This document shows positions 25,756-35,352 of a DNA stretch of 64,000 nt, piece by piece. This DNA comes from a virus. Both the position numbers and the translations under genes were made by a program. Where the stretch lies: IMG/VR virus record IMGVR_UViG_3300045999_009829; one strand, given 5' to 3'. The notes beneath the pieces were generated by a model. The model worked only from the letters and a program-made list of their open reading frames with translations. It searched no databases and was not told where the DNA came from. Numbering within the stretch: position 1 is the stretch's first letter; each line of letters begins with the position of its first letter.

Positions 25756-26557
25756 TCCAGTCTAGAACATCAGTCCAGTCCATAGAGCAGACCTCATCCA
25801 ACCGGGTGCGGTCTGCTTTAGTATAGCGCTGATACTGCGCCTTGAGTTCCTCGGGCATGTCTATCTCTGCTATCTTGGAGTTCTCCTTGATGGCGATAGT
25901 CACCGCAACCTGCAGGAAGCTCTTGGGTGATCCTGTACCCACATTCCATATGTCGGACTGATTTACATACAGAAGCCTGTCGTGAACTTGGCACACGTCG
26001 TCGACGTGAACAAAGTCGCGGAAGTACTTGTCTGAATCCTTAAACACCTTGATGGTGCCGGTCTCTCTGGCTTGCTTCCTGAACTTGGTCACAGGACTTG
26101 CTTGATCGCCCTTGTGGTCCTCGTGGTCTCCATACACGTTGAAGTACCTGAACCCTTGAACCGGCACTCTCCAGTTGCCGGCTTTCACGTATTGGTCGAA
26201 CGCATACTTCGACCACGCATATGGACTACGAGGTTGACCCGGCGCTGACTCGCTGAAGTCGGGTCCAGGTCCGTACACACTAGCGCTGCTGGCGTATTGG
26301 AACCTTACCCCCAGTTCGTTGCACATGGACAGCAGGTCGATGCTGAACAGCAGATTCTGCTCTAGTATCTTGTTGATGTCCTTCTCGGTCGTACTGGATA
26401 TGGCGCCTAGATGGATGACAGCATCTAGTCCTGACACGCGAGGCAAGGTCTTGTCTGGGTCATACTCATAGCCCTCAACCTCGTGCCCACGGGCAGTCAA
26501 GTGCTTGACCATGTTCTGCCCGATGAAGCCCTGGTGACCGGTGACTAGTACCTTCAT
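25742..26557 (-). CDS. hldD: ADP-L-glycero-D-manno-heptose 6-epimerase
   Basis: GHQGFIG, HLGAISSTTE, YASSASVYG, YAWSK, GFRYFNVYG..E.HKG.QAS, RDFVHV.D, YQ.YT.AD. Confidence 0.88.
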   Translation of the reverse strand: MKVLVTGHQGFIGQNMVKHLTARGHEVEGYEYDPDKTLPRVSGLDAVIHLGAISSTTEKDINKILEQNLLFSIDLLSMCNELGVRFQYASSASVYGPGPDFSESAPGQPRSPYAWSKYAFDQYVKAGNWRVPVQGFRYFNVYGDHEDHKGDQASPVTKFRKQARETGTIKVFKDSDKYFRDFVHVDDVCQVHDRLLYVNQSDIWNVGTGSPKSFLQVAVTIAIKENSKIAEIDMPEELKAQYQRYTKADRTRLDEVCSMDWTDVLDWIRDP

Positions 26558-27723
26558 CTTAACTTCTCTATGATGCTGGTGGTGGAGAGATTGCCCACAA
26601 GTGGGATGATGACCACCTCAGCCAAGTCGTTGCCCACCACAGTCTCGGTGGTGTAGTCACCACCCTTGGTGATCACGTCTGGTCGCAGGTTCTCTATGAC
26701 TCTTCTGGGCGTGTCCGCGTCAAAGATCACCACCTCGTCAACCGACTCTAGAGACTCAAGCAGAGCCTTTCGATCCTCCTGCTTGTTCACGGGTCTGTCG
26801 TTGCCCTTGAGTCTTCTGACTGACTCATCCGAGTTGAGACCCACAACAAGTCTACCGCCGAGCTTCTTGGACTCTCTCAACAGCTCTATGTGACCTCGAT
26901 GGAGGATGTCAAAGCATCCGTTTGTAAAGACGGTCTTGACTCTCCTGATGTCGTCTTGTGTCAGGACGTAGGTGCCGAACTTGGTCACGCTGAGTCCCGC
27001 CAGCTTGTTTGCTTTGGTGCACGCCATGACCAGATCGTCACCCAGTGACAAGTAGTAAGTCATGCTGGCAATGAACACGTCACCTGCGCCCGTGACGTCG
27101 CTGACCGAGTGCTCGTCGCCCTTTATGTGTGTTGTAGAGTCCTTGGTGTACACAGACACACCATCTCTACCTCGTGTGACAACCAGAGCTCCTATCTGAT
27201 ACTTGTAGAGCATTCTTGCAGGACTGTTTTGGTAGTCCTCCTTGTCCGTGTAGTCAACCAGTTCCTTCTGGTTGAGCTTGACGATGTCTGCGCCGATGTA
27301 GTTCTCGAGGCGCTTCTTGGGATCTACAATGACCTTACAGCCGAAGCTCTTGCACCGAGTGATGATCCTATGGGTGTAGTGCAGGTAACCCTTGTTGTAG
27401 TCGCTCAGTACGCAGTACTCGATTCCAGTCAGATCAAGGTAGTCTACATCATTGTTTATGGTGTACTGCTCGTTGTCAGAGCGAAACACGAGGTGATTAT
27501 CACACACGTACCTCTTCTTGATGGCGTGGTTCGTCACATCAAAGTAGTGATCCACTTCGGCTCCTAGGGCCTGCAAGTTTGCCACCACGTTGCCCGAGCC
27601 ACCGTCACGGCACTCGTACGACACCTCCTTGAAGATGGGTATGGGCGACTCCGGCGAGATCCTCTCCACCTTGCCCGTGATGTACTCATCTAGAATGTAG
27701 TCACCTATGACTGCTATTGTCAT
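26554..27723 (-). CDS. hldE: Bifunctional heptose-7-P kinase / heptose-1-P adenylyltransferase
   Basis: PfkB part GD.ILD.Y..G.V.RISPE.P, LSDYNKG, DVTGAGD; transferase part TNGCFDILH.GH, GLNSD.SV.RLKG..RP, KGGDY, STT. Confidence 0.92.
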   Translation of the reverse strand: MTIAVIGDYILDEYITGKVERISPESPIPIFKEVSYECRDGGSGNVVANLQALGAEVDHYFDVTNHAIKKRYVCDNHLVFRSDNEQYTINNDVDYLDLTGIEYCVLSDYNKGYLHYTHRIITRCKSFGCKVIVDPKKRLENYIGADIVKLNQKELVDYTDKEDYQNSPARMLYKYQIGALVVTRGRDGVSVYTKDSTTHIKGDEHSVSDVTGAGDVFIASMTYYLSLGDDLVMACTKANKLAGLSVTKFGTYVLTQDDIRRVKTVFTNGCFDILHRGHIELLRESKKLGGRLVVGLNSDESVRRLKGNDRPVNKQEDRKALLESLESVDEVVIFDADTPRRVIENLRPDVITKGGDYTTETVVGNDLAEVVIIPLVGNLSTTSIIEKLR

Positions 27724-28385
27724 TCTGCAAAAATCTCTAGTGCTCTGTCAACATAATCGTCCCTGTTCTTCACAAAGATCTGGGCGTCGTCGTGGTCGAC
27801 CGCAATGGCCACCACGATCTGAGGAAACTTGTGCTCGGTCAGCTCTTCAGCCATCATCGAGTAGACCGTAGCCTGAAGGAAGTAAGACTGAATGTCTTCC
27901 TCTTCTTTCCTGCGCTTGGAGGTCTTGAAGTCGATCACCGAGTTGACACCCAGCCAACCAGCAAGCAAGTCAGTCCGACCTGCGGTCCCCAGTCTCTTGG
28001 ACCAGAGCGGAACCTCTAGTCCGTATACGGTGCCGATGCAGAGGTCGAGGTGCTTCTTGATCGAGCTGAAGGTGACCAGGTTGAAGGGCATCGCACCCCT
28101 CTTGTAGTCCGGATCATTGCTCAGGTACTTCTCACAGAGGAGATGGACTGCAGATCCCCGCCCGGCCGCCTGAGTGGACACCCTCTTGGCCTCTTCCTCA
28201 CCGACTCGAGCCTTCCAAGCCTCAAGCCCTGGATTCTTGAGCTTCTGACCCAGTACTGTGGTCACCGACGGCAAGTTACCAGCAGGCGTCTTGTAGTATC
28301 GCTTGCCGTCTACATACTCAGTCTCTAAGTCCGGCAGATACACCGGGTTGTGAAGGAATCCCTTGTGTCGATTTGTCGTGATCAT
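27720..28385 (-). CDS. PD-(D/E)XK exonuclease of T4-like phages
   Basis: G.RYY.TP.G..PSVTTVL, RG.AVH...E.YL, AGRTD, IDFKTS. Confidence 0.85.
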   Translation of the reverse strand: MITTNRHKGFLHNPVYLPDLETEYVDGKRYYKTPAGNLPSVTTVLGQKLKNPGLEAWKARVGEEEAKRVSTQAAGRGSAVHLLCEKYLSNDPDYKRGAMPFNLVTFSSIKKHLDLCIGTVYGLEVPLWSKRLGTAGRTDLLAGWLGVNSVIDFKTSKRRKEEEDIQSYFLQATVYSMMAEELTEHKFPQIVVAIAVDHDDAQIFVKNRDDYVDRALEIFAE

Positions 28386-28822
28386 GCCAGCTTTATCTCA
28401 ACCCCCGCTTCTAGAGCCATGACGTGACTGTACTCAAAGCTTTCTTGCCACTTCTCCGTGGCGTCACCTGAAATGCACACGAATATCCGCTTGACGCCAG
28501 ACTGGATCAGCCCTCTGGTGCAGTCTGCACAGGGTAGTAGAGTGACGTATGCTGTGCACCCCTCAAGTGGGATTCCGTTCCTGGCTGCATTAAATATAGC
28601 ATTACGCTCTGCATGCTCGGTCCAGAAGTACTTCTCTGGCTTCTCGTGCCTGATGTCGATGTCGTCGTTGACGCCTCGACAAAAGCCGTTGTAGCCAGTA
28701 GTCCGAACTTCGTGGTTAGGTCCGACTATGACGCACCCGACCTTAGTCGATCGGTCCTTGGACTTGGTGGCCACCAGTTCGGCCATCTGCATGAAGTACT
28801 CGTCCCAATTCACCTGTTTCAT
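28382..28822 (-). CDS. cd: dCMP deaminase
   Basis: WDEYFM..A..VA.KSKD.STKVG, GYNG, HAERNAI, PCADC. Confidence 0.9.
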   Translation of the reverse strand: MKQVNWDEYFMQMAELVATKSKDRSTKVGCVIVGPNHEVRTTGYNGFCRGVNDDIDIRHEKPEKYFWTEHAERNAIFNAARNGIPLEGCTAYVTLLPCADCTRGLIQSGVKRIFVCISGDATEKWQESFEYSHVMALEAGVEIKLA

Positions 28823-28840
28823 CCTATTGAGGGTTCAATC

Positions 28841-29287
28841 ATGAAGACACTAGTTGCTCTACTTCTTATTTTAGGCCTCACGGCTACGTCAGCTCTAGCT
28901 CAGAGGCGCAACCCAGAGTTCATTCAGTACGACTGGAAGGTCATCAGGGTGATCGACGGCGACACGATCGAGTTTGAAGCCCCATGGGTGCCACCGCCCA
29001 TCCGTCAGAGGATTGCCCTTCGAGTGTTTGGGGTCGACACGCCAGAGAAGGGTCACAGAGCGCAGTGTCCGCAGGAAGCGACCAGAGCTCAAGCGGCGAC
29101 CGAGTTCACCAGGCAGGCCATATCAAACAGCCGTACTGTCCGAGCGGCCATTACCGACTGGGACAAGTACGGCGGTAGGATCCTCGGTGACGTCATCCTA
29201 GACAACGGCGTGAGCCTCAGGGCATTGCTGATCCAGAACGGTCACGCCCGTGCCTACTTTGGTGAAACCAAGCAGAGCTGGTGCTAG
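28841..29287 (+). CDS. Secreted thermonuclease (SNase) family protein
   Basis: Signal peptide MKTLVALLLILGLTATSALA; RVIDGDT, RVFGVDTPE, DKYGGRILG, L..NG.A. Confidence 0.85.
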   Translation: MKTLVALLLILGLTATSALAQRRNPEFIQYDWKVIRVIDGDTIEFEAPWVPPPIRQRIALRVFGVDTPEKGHRAQCPQEATRAQAATEFTRQAISNSRTVRAAITDWDKYGGRILGDVILDNGVSLRALLIQNGHARAYFGETKQSWC

Positions 29288-29685
29288 TCTTTACTCTTGT
29301 ACTTGTCAAAGTTTGAGTGGTCGTAGCAGGTGAGTCTGTAACCACCATCACTTGGCCACCCACAGGTAGCATGGCTGAAGCAGTTTGGCTCGTCACACAC
29401 CCGGGCAAACTTCTTCAGCTCCTTGTTCTCTATTGCCTGCTCTTGAATGACTTTTATAAGAGCAGGCGCCGTGCTGTAGTCCAGCTCGTTGGTGATGTTC
29501 ATGCCGCCCGCCTCATAGAGAGGTACATATGCGTCAGGACCAAAGCCAAGTAGATTGTAGATCAGATAGCGAAACGAACCTGGATTCTCTCCGTGCTCGT
29601 CGATCTTCGAGATGACCCAGGCTGCAATCTCGAGCTTGGTATCATAGTCATACTTGGCCACAAGGGCGTCGTAGTCCTCACTCAT
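29284..29685 (-). CDS. Hypothetical protein with a C-terminal Cys/His cluster
   Basis: G.FRYLIY..LGFGP.AY and C..P.C...C...C..H. Confidence 0.6.
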   Translation of the reverse strand: MSEDYDALVAKYDYDTKLEIAAWVISKIDEHGENPGSFRYLIYNLLGFGPDAYVPLYEAGGMNITNELDYSTAPALIKVIQEQAIENKELKKFARVCDEPNCFSHATCGWPSDGGYRLTCYDHSNFDKYKSKD

Positions 29686-29861
29686 TTCTCTTCCTCCCAG
29701 AATCGGCAGTAGAAGTGTGCGCCGAACGCCTCGATCTCTGGTCGAGGATATCCCTCCTCGACCAGCCACTCTACCAAATCACTCATCCTATCATTCGGGA
29801 TGGCCTTAGGAAACCCGTATTTCCATCCCGACGGTGGATCAACATATCTAACAGTCTTCAT
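29682..29861 (-). CDS. Small hypothetical protein (59 aa)
   Basis: MKTVRYVDPPSGWKYGFPK...WLVEEGYP; coupled to both neighbours. Confidence 0.6.
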   Translation of the reverse strand: MKTVRYVDPPSGWKYGFPKAIPNDRMSDLVEWLVEEGYPRPEIEAFGAHFYCRFWEEEK

Positions 29862-30628
29862 AGTACGGTGATCATACCCCTGTCCTCTAGGTCCTCTCTG
29901 GCGATGATGTACTCCTTCACCAGGTCAGACCTCACGATATCATCTCGATTGAACTCGATGACGTTGAAGCTTCTCATCTTGTTAATGACCTTAAAGAAGT
30001 CCTTGAAGCCCGATACGTCCCTGCGGCCGTCCAAGTCGTTCTGCTTGATGTCGCCCGCAAACACCACCTTGCAGTTCTTGCCGATGCGAGTGAACACGCT
30101 GTGCAGCTCACCTGGAGTCATGTTCTGGAACTCATCAACAATGATCACGGCGTCGTTGATGGTGATGCCTCGGACGAACGATGTGGTCATGAACTCGACT
30201 ACGTTCTTAGTCTTCATGTACTCGTAGGCGTCGCCTCTGCCGAAGAGCTCCGAGAAGATGGAGTAGTAGGGCGCCTCGTAGACCTTGGACTTTTCCTTGT
30301 TGGATCCAGGCAGGAATCCCATGTCTCTGGTAGGGACCACGCTCCTGACGATGATCATCTTGTCGTGGGTCTTCCTCTCCATGATATCGGTCATGCCGAG
30401 GTATATGGACAGGAATGACTTACCAGTGCCAGCGGTGCCGACCAGGAGAAGGTGTTGGTCTTGGTCGTAAGCGTCAAACGTCAGCCGCTGATTGTCAGTG
30501 AGTGGTCGGAACTGTTTGAGGGTAAAGTTAAGTCGTTCAGATATCTGTGTGGCACCCCCTCCCTCTCCCGACTGTCTCTGGATCCTGCGCTCTTTCTTTG
30601 TGAGCTTTCTTTGTCTGGGTGCCTGCAT
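29858..30628 (-). CDS. phoH: PhoH-like ATPase
   Basis: PLT.NQ, GTAGTGKS, GFLPG, RG.T, IVDEFQN, TRIG, GD..Q.D, DIVRS.LV. Confidence 0.93.
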   Translation of the reverse strand: MQAPRQRKLTKKERRIQRQSGEGGGATQISERLNFTLKQFRPLTDNQRLTFDAYDQDQHLLLVGTAGTGKSFLSIYLGMTDIMERKTHDKMIIVRSVVPTRDMGFLPGSNKEKSKVYEAPYYSIFSELFGRGDAYEYMKTKNVVEFMTTSFVRGITINDAVIIVDEFQNMTPGELHSVFTRIGKNCKVVFAGDIKQNDLDGRRDVSGFKDFFKVINKMRSFNVIEFNRDDIVRSDLVKEYIIAREDLEDRGMITVL

Positions 30629-30637
30629 GAGGACTCT

Positions 30638-30886
30638 CTAAAACGTGTTGATGTTGCTCCGAGTGAGGCCGCGTGAGTGAGCCTTCTTGATTTCCTTCAG
30701 ACGATCCCGGAAGCCGCTATCCGGTTTCTTGAGCCCCAGGCGGATTGAGTCGCCTAGGGCGGGAGCGCTGTGGAACACTTGCTGCATGTGTGGATTGCTA
30801 GCCACAAACTCCTCGCGCTCGTTCATCGACATTATGACGGTGAACTCCTCACTTGTATTTAGGTCTTTGAAGGTGTAAGACGGCAT
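30638..30886 (-). CDS. FmdB-like small regulatory protein
   Basis: MPSYTF....T.E.F...M.M.E...F...NP and KPD.GF...L..IK. Confidence 0.65.
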   Translation of the reverse strand: MPSYTFKDLNTSEEFTVIMSMNEREEFVASNPHMQQVFHSAPALGDSIRLGLKKPDSGFRDRLKEIKKAHSRGLTRSNINTF

Positions 30887-31089
30887 CAGCGGTGCCTCCG
30901 GTTGTCATCCAAGTCATCCTCGTCATCGTCGATCTCTAGTAGACCGTTGACATTCTTTGCTCGGATCAGGTTCTTGATCTTCTTGGATCGTCGGTGCTCG
31001 TTGAGGCTCTTTCGATCAATGTAGTCGTAGTGGGCATAGTCGTCGTACCAGTTGTTGTGACCGTAACCCTTAGGCTTAGACTTGCTCAT
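30886..31089 (-). CDS. Hypothetical protein
   Basis: Coupled 67-aa ORF. Confidence 0.5.
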   Translation of the reverse strand: MSKSKPKGYGHNNWYDDYAHYDYIDRKSLNEHRRSKKIKNLIRAKNVNGLLEIDDDEDDLDDNRRHR

Positions 31090-31502
31090 GTATCAATCAG
31101 TCCCGGGAATGCTAGATTTACTACCTCAATGGTGATGCCTGGATAAGGGATCTTCTTATCCTTTGCCGCTAGAACCAACTTGGCGTCCTCTGGATCCAGT
31201 GATTCTAGAAGTTCGATGAACAGCGCCTCACGGCGGAGCTGCTTCAGGTTGGGGTTGCCGTTCTCTAGGAACAGGTAAAACTTTCGGGCCTCCGTGAAGA
31301 GCCTGTGCTGCTGATCAACTAGATCACACGGCCTGTAGGGAGGATCACCCTCTGGCAATAGCCACTTGACTCGTGGGTCAAGCGCTACCCAGAGAACTTG
31401 TCGGAGGGGAACTGTGTCATGAGCCCTGAGTACGTTGGCTCGGTCTTGATCCGTCGTGCCTTGAGAGGCCTTCTTTAGGATCTCACTGATACTGAGTTTC
31501 AT
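31086..31502 (-). CDS. Conserved T4-like hypothetical protein next to rnh
   Basis: LP.G.PPY, L..EARK.Y.F, RRE.LFI.LLE.L...A.L....KDK. Confidence 0.75.
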   Translation of the reverse strand: MKLSISEILKKASQGTTDQDRANVLRAHDTVPLRQVLWVALDPRVKWLLPEGDPPYRPCDLVDQQHRLFTEARKFYLFLENGNPNLKQLRREALFIELLESLDPEDAKLVLAAKDKKIPYPGITIEVVNLAFPGLIDT

Positions 31503-32357
31503 TTAGACAAAGTCTCCAATGGAGTCTGTGAGGTTGCGAAGTCGGTTGACGATGAAGTAGTTGAGCAAGTTCGGGCTCTTCTTGCCGCCCTGTGAGGTGT
31601 AGCTCTCAAGGATGTTCTGGCGCACGTTGGCGGGAATCTGAGTCAGGTCGATGAGCTGCTTGTTCCGAATGTAGTTCCGGAAGTTCGGGTGGTCGTACTT
31701 GCCATCTAGATTTAGGGCAGCCAAAGTGTCCAGCTTCTTCTGTGTGACTGGAGACTGGCGCTTGCCGATCACGAAGCTGTTGTCATCACTGAGGATGTTG
31801 GGAATGCCGTCACCAGCGTCGCCCTTGATGATGTGCTCGAGCAGGAAGCGATCAGGGTCGTTGCAGATGATCTTCTTCTTGCGGACCGGGTCGTACTGCT
31901 GAACGTTGATGTACTGCTGCAGCTGCTGGAAGTCCTTGTCGCCAGAGAGGATCAGGATCTTCTCGTTGGTGTTGCCGAACTCCTGGCAGAGCGTTCCGAT
32001 TACGTCGTCGGCCTCGGCAGACTCCACGTCGATCACTCGGTAGGGGAAGAACTCCTTGAGCTCGCCACGAATCTTACCCAGACACTCGAAGATGGCCTTC
32101 CAGTCAAGCTCGGATTCGGCCTGGGACTTCTTGCGATTGGCCTTGTAGTAGGGAAACAGCTGACGGCGCCAGTAGTTCTTGTTGTCGCAGGCGATCACGA
32201 ACTCGCCGAAGTCAGGGCCGAACTTGGTCTTGTACATGCGGATGGAGTTGAGCACCATGTGGCGCACCATCCCCTCATCCACCTTGGCGTTGGTGTGGTT
32301 GCCAAGCTGGACCATGATGTTGGAAAGCATTACCTGGGACAGGTCAAGAATGATCAT
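31503..32357 (-). CDS. rnh: T4-type RNase H / 5'-3' exonuclease
   Basis: YWRR..FPYYKANRKK, EADDVIG, SGDKDF.QLQ, KGD.GDGIPN.LSDD, RN..LIDL. Confidence 0.95.
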   Translation of the reverse strand: MIILDLSQVMLSNIMVQLGNHTNAKVDEGMVRHMVLNSIRMYKTKFGPDFGEFVIACDNKNYWRRQLFPYYKANRKKSQAESELDWKAIFECLGKIRGELKEFFPYRVIDVESAEADDVIGTLCQEFGNTNEKILILSGDKDFQQLQQYINVQQYDPVRKKKIICNDPDRFLLEHIIKGDAGDGIPNILSDDNSFVIGKRQSPVTQKKLDTLAALNLDGKYDHPNFRNYIRNKQLIDLTQIPANVRQNILESYTSQGGKKSPNLLNYFIVNRLRNLTDSIGDFV

Positions 32358-32372
32358 TGTGTATAGAGCTCT

Positions 32373-32756
32373 TCAGCTCTGCTCCTCTGTGGGTGTGATG
32401 ATGATCTTTACTTTGTCAGACACTTCTAGGTTCCCTTCGCTGTCAAGCTGAACGAAGAGGTTGTCGGCAATGATCTGCAGTGGGTGACTCATGCCGTAGA
32501 CTTTGTTGAGAAAGGATCGAGCAGCCTCTACGATGAGAGCGCCGTCCTTGAGGAAGACCATCTCATCGGAGGGCTGAAAGCCCGCTAGAGCAAGGTTGTC
32601 AAACATCATGGGGATGACTTGCTCTAGTGTCTGCTGTATGTGGGCTTGCCTGACAACGTCTACTGTGTCCTCAACTTCTTCCATGCTCTGGGGAGCCATC
32701 TCACCCAGAGGCGACTGGCGCTTCCTGGGAAAGGGAATGACGTTGTCAATTTCCAT
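32373..32756 (-). CDS. Hypothetical protein (DNVIPFP N-terminus)
   Basis: Start MEIDNV lies 6 nt after the -10 box of the adjacent promoter. Confidence 0.6.
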   Translation of the reverse strand: MEIDNVIPFPRKRQSPLGEMAPQSMEEVEDTVDVVRQAHIQQTLEQVIPMMFDNLALAGFQPSDEMVFLKDGALIVEAARSFLNKVYGMSHPLQIIADNLFVQLDSEGNLEVSDKVKIIITPTEEQS

Positions 32757-32762
32757 GATTGT

Positions 32763-32791
32763 ATTGTATCTCACCTGGGATTAGAAGTCAA
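32763..32791 (-). promoter_or_regulatory. Early promoter (TTGACT-17-TACAAT)
   Basis: Same motif family as the other early promoters. Confidence 0.6.
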
Positions 32792-32798
32792 TCAATAT

Positions 32799-33383
32799 TT
32801 ATAGCTTTAGAGACTCACGGTCTGTAGCGTCTCGGTACCTGATCCGCTGAGAGATGGCGTGTAGGATCATCATGTGCACATCTTCTACTACGCCGTAGTT
32901 GAATGAAGGAACGTGCACGTTGATTTGGGACATCAGTGATGCATACCCACCGGTAAAGCCGGTAAGGGCAATCGTTTTAGCGCCCAGCTCGTTTGCCGCG
33001 GTGATACCATTTATGATGTTCTGTGAATTGCCGCTGGCTGACATCGCCAGCACCACGTCGCCGTATTGACACCGATGGTAGCGCAACTGCTTGGCAAAGA
33101 TGTGCTCGTAGCCTATGTCGTTGGCAAGAGCGGTCACAAGCGGCCCGTTGCTCGCTAGACTGATAGCCTTCGCGGTGAGGATGTCGTGCTTGTTGGTGTC
33201 CTCGTTGAGGCCCTTCATGTAGTCGCAGACCCAGTGATCTGCATTGGCTGCCGATCCGCCGTTACCCATGATGTAGAGTCTGGCACAGCCGTCGATTGCT
33301 TTAAAGGCTTGCTCTAAGATCTCTCGGTTGATCCCTGCTGTAGCAAGATTGACTGCCCCAAAGTACTCGTCAAAGCTGTTCAT
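32799..33383 (-). CDS. gmhA: Sedoheptulose-7-phosphate isomerase (SIS)
   Basis: GNGGSAANA.H, TALANDIGY..IF..QL, S.SGNS.NI, LTGF.GG, VED.H....H. Confidence 0.88.
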   Translation of the reverse strand: MNSFDEYFGAVNLATAGINREILEQAFKAIDGCARLYIMGNGGSAANADHWVCDYMKGLNEDTNKHDILTAKAISLASNGPLVTALANDIGYEHIFAKQLRYHRCQYGDVVLAMSASGNSQNIINGITAANELGAKTIALTGFTGGYASLMSQINVHVPSFNYGVVEDVHMMILHAISQRIRYRDATDRESLKL

Positions 33384-34354
33384 AGCTTGAATGCCTCACT
33401 TCCGATGTCTGTGAACGAGATGTGGAACTGCTTGTAGTGCTTCCGCATGTGGGTCTTGAAGCTGGCGTGGCGCTCGTGCGGGACGTAGAAGAGCATGTAC
33501 CCACCGCCGCCTGCGCCCAATAGCTTGCCGCCGATGGCTCCCGCCTTCCTCCCCTCCTCGTACATCGCGTCAATATGAGGGTTAGAGATAGAGCTTGCCA
33601 GCTTCTTCTTTTGCTCCCAGGTCGTGTGCAGCAGGGCGCCGAAGTCATGAAGCTTTTCAGACTTCAGGAGCTTGAGACCTTCCTCTGCAATTTGGACCAG
33701 CTCCTTGGTGGCATCAACCGTCGACTTGGTCTGCAGGTTGGCGACCTGCTCCCCGAGTATATCAGACGTCTTTCTATTCACGCCGGTTGAATAGCAGATG
33801 AGTCGCTCGTTGAGCACGCCAAGGATTGCGGAGCTCAGTGGTATTGGGGTCACCTCTACACCAGAGCTGTCGAACCGGATGCAGTTGAATCCACCGTAAG
33901 CTGCCGCATACTGGTCCTGCTTGCCGATGGGCTCTCCGCAGAAGTCGATCTCGATGTTGCTTGCAAGCTCTGCTAGGTCTCTCTTATTATACGGCAGGCA
34001 CTTGAGCTTGTAAAGGGCATTCACCAGCGCTACGGTGAAAGTCGACGACGAGCCGAGACCCGTGCCCTTGGTCGGAACGTCAGAGAAAGAGCAGATCTCT
34101 ATCTTGCGCTGAGTCTCAAATATGCCAAGGGCATGCCTGATCCTGTCGTGCTTGAGTTCACTGGCGTCCTTGACCACTTCCATCTCTGAGTAGACTGCAC
34201 GAACGTGGTCAGTCTCGCAGGGGTTTACGGCTATCTTGATGCGTCGGTCAATAGCCGTAGAGATCACCATCCCGGGTGAGTTCCTGTAGAACTGCGGGAT
34301 GTCACTGCCCCCTCCGAAGAACGAGATCCGGAGGGGAGCCGAGGAGATGATCAT
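33380..34354 (-). CDS. hddA: D-glycero-alpha-D-manno-heptose-7-phosphate kinase (GHMP family)
   Basis: APLRISFFGGGSD, GTGLGSSS, GKQDQYAAAYGG.N, GGKLLGAGGGG. Confidence 0.88.
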   Translation of the reverse strand: MIISSAPLRISFFGGGSDIPQFYRNSPGMVISTAIDRRIKIAVNPCETDHVRAVYSEMEVVKDASELKHDRIRHALGIFETQRKIEICSFSDVPTKGTGLGSSSTFTVALVNALYKLKCLPYNKRDLAELASNIEIDFCGEPIGKQDQYAAAYGGFNCIRFDSSGVEVTPIPLSSAILGVLNERLICYSTGVNRKTSDILGEQVANLQTKSTVDATKELVQIAEEGLKLLKSEKLHDFGALLHTTWEQKKKLASSISNPHIDAMYEEGRKAGAIGGKLLGAGGGGYMLFYVPHERHASFKTHMRKHYKQFHISFTDIGSEAFKL

Positions 34355-35352
34355 GCTGTCTTGTACGTGAACTTGGGCGTTGGAAATGCCCTGGACTCTA
34401 CAGTTGGGTATTCGGCTCGAAGTGACCGAATGAGGTCTTCCCACTGACTGGCGATCTTTGTCGCGTTAAACCTGACATCTGCATACTGCTTGACAAAGCC
34501 CAGGTAGTTGATGGCATTATCCTGGTGCACCACCTGAATGGCATTCTCCAGTAGGTGATAGAACTTAGAGGCATGCTGATTGTGGTCGTCGATGAACTGG
34601 TACATGGATGTCAATCCACCAGACGTGTCAGCAAGACCAGCCAGATTTGGATGCAGACACAGGCATCCAGCGCTCATGGCCTCAATCAGTGCTCGGGAGT
34701 TGCACTCCTGCCAGATTGAGGGGTAAGCAAAGATGTGAGCCTTCTGAAGGTGCTCTCGGACCACGTCGTTCGGCTGAGAGCCGTGGTACGTGATCTGCGG
34801 GTGGGACTTGCAGCGCTCGAAGAGCTCCTGGTATGGCTTGTCGGACTCTTCCCACCCGTAGATGGAGAAGCTAGAGAACACGTCCAGGTGGATGTTCTTG
34901 TGCTTTTTCGCTAGTTCCTCAAAGACCGGGATCAGCAGGGCAAGGCCGCGCTGAGGTGTCGAGGTGTAGATGAGTCGGACTTCATCCTTGGACTTCTCTA
35001 CCCACTGGATCGGTTCGATGGGTGTCTCGATGGTGACGCACTTGTCGTTCTGCGGTACACCCAGATATGTGACGTACTGGTTGTACTGCCAGTTGCCACA
35101 GAATACCAGCTTGTGGAACCTATCCCTACTGGACTGATCCTTGAGGTGGTTGGTCTCAGGGTCAAGTGGGAGGTCATGGAGCCAGTAGACTCGAATCTTG
35201 CTCTCGTCAAGGCCTCGAACACGACTGCAGATGACCTGCATGTTGTCCTGGGCTAGTAGGTCGGGTGATAGCTTTGCCGCCACCATCCTCTTGGTCTGCT
35301 CGGTTCCTCCGTTAGACTTTACGGAGATTTCGTTCTCTTCAAAGATTGCCAT
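34351..35352 (-). CDS. Glycosyltransferase (GT-B, GT4-like)
   Basis: GGTE, WLHD, LIYTSTP.RGL, FAYPS.W.E....A.IEAM.AG. Confidence 0.85.
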   Translation of the reverse strand: MAIFEENEISVKSNGGTEQTKRMVAAKLSPDLLAQDNMQVICSRVRGLDESKIRVYWLHDLPLDPETNHLKDQSSRDRFHKLVFCGNWQYNQYVTYLGVPQNDKCVTIETPIEPIQWVEKSKDEVRLIYTSTPQRGLALLIPVFEELAKKHKNIHLDVFSSFSIYGWEESDKPYQELFERCKSHPQITYHGSQPNDVVREHLQKAHIFAYPSIWQECNSRALIEAMSAGCLCLHPNLAGLADTSGGLTSMYQFIDDHNQHASKFYHLLENAIQVVHQDNAINYLGFVKQYADVRFNATKIASQWEDLIRSLRAEYPTVESRAFPTPKFTYKTA

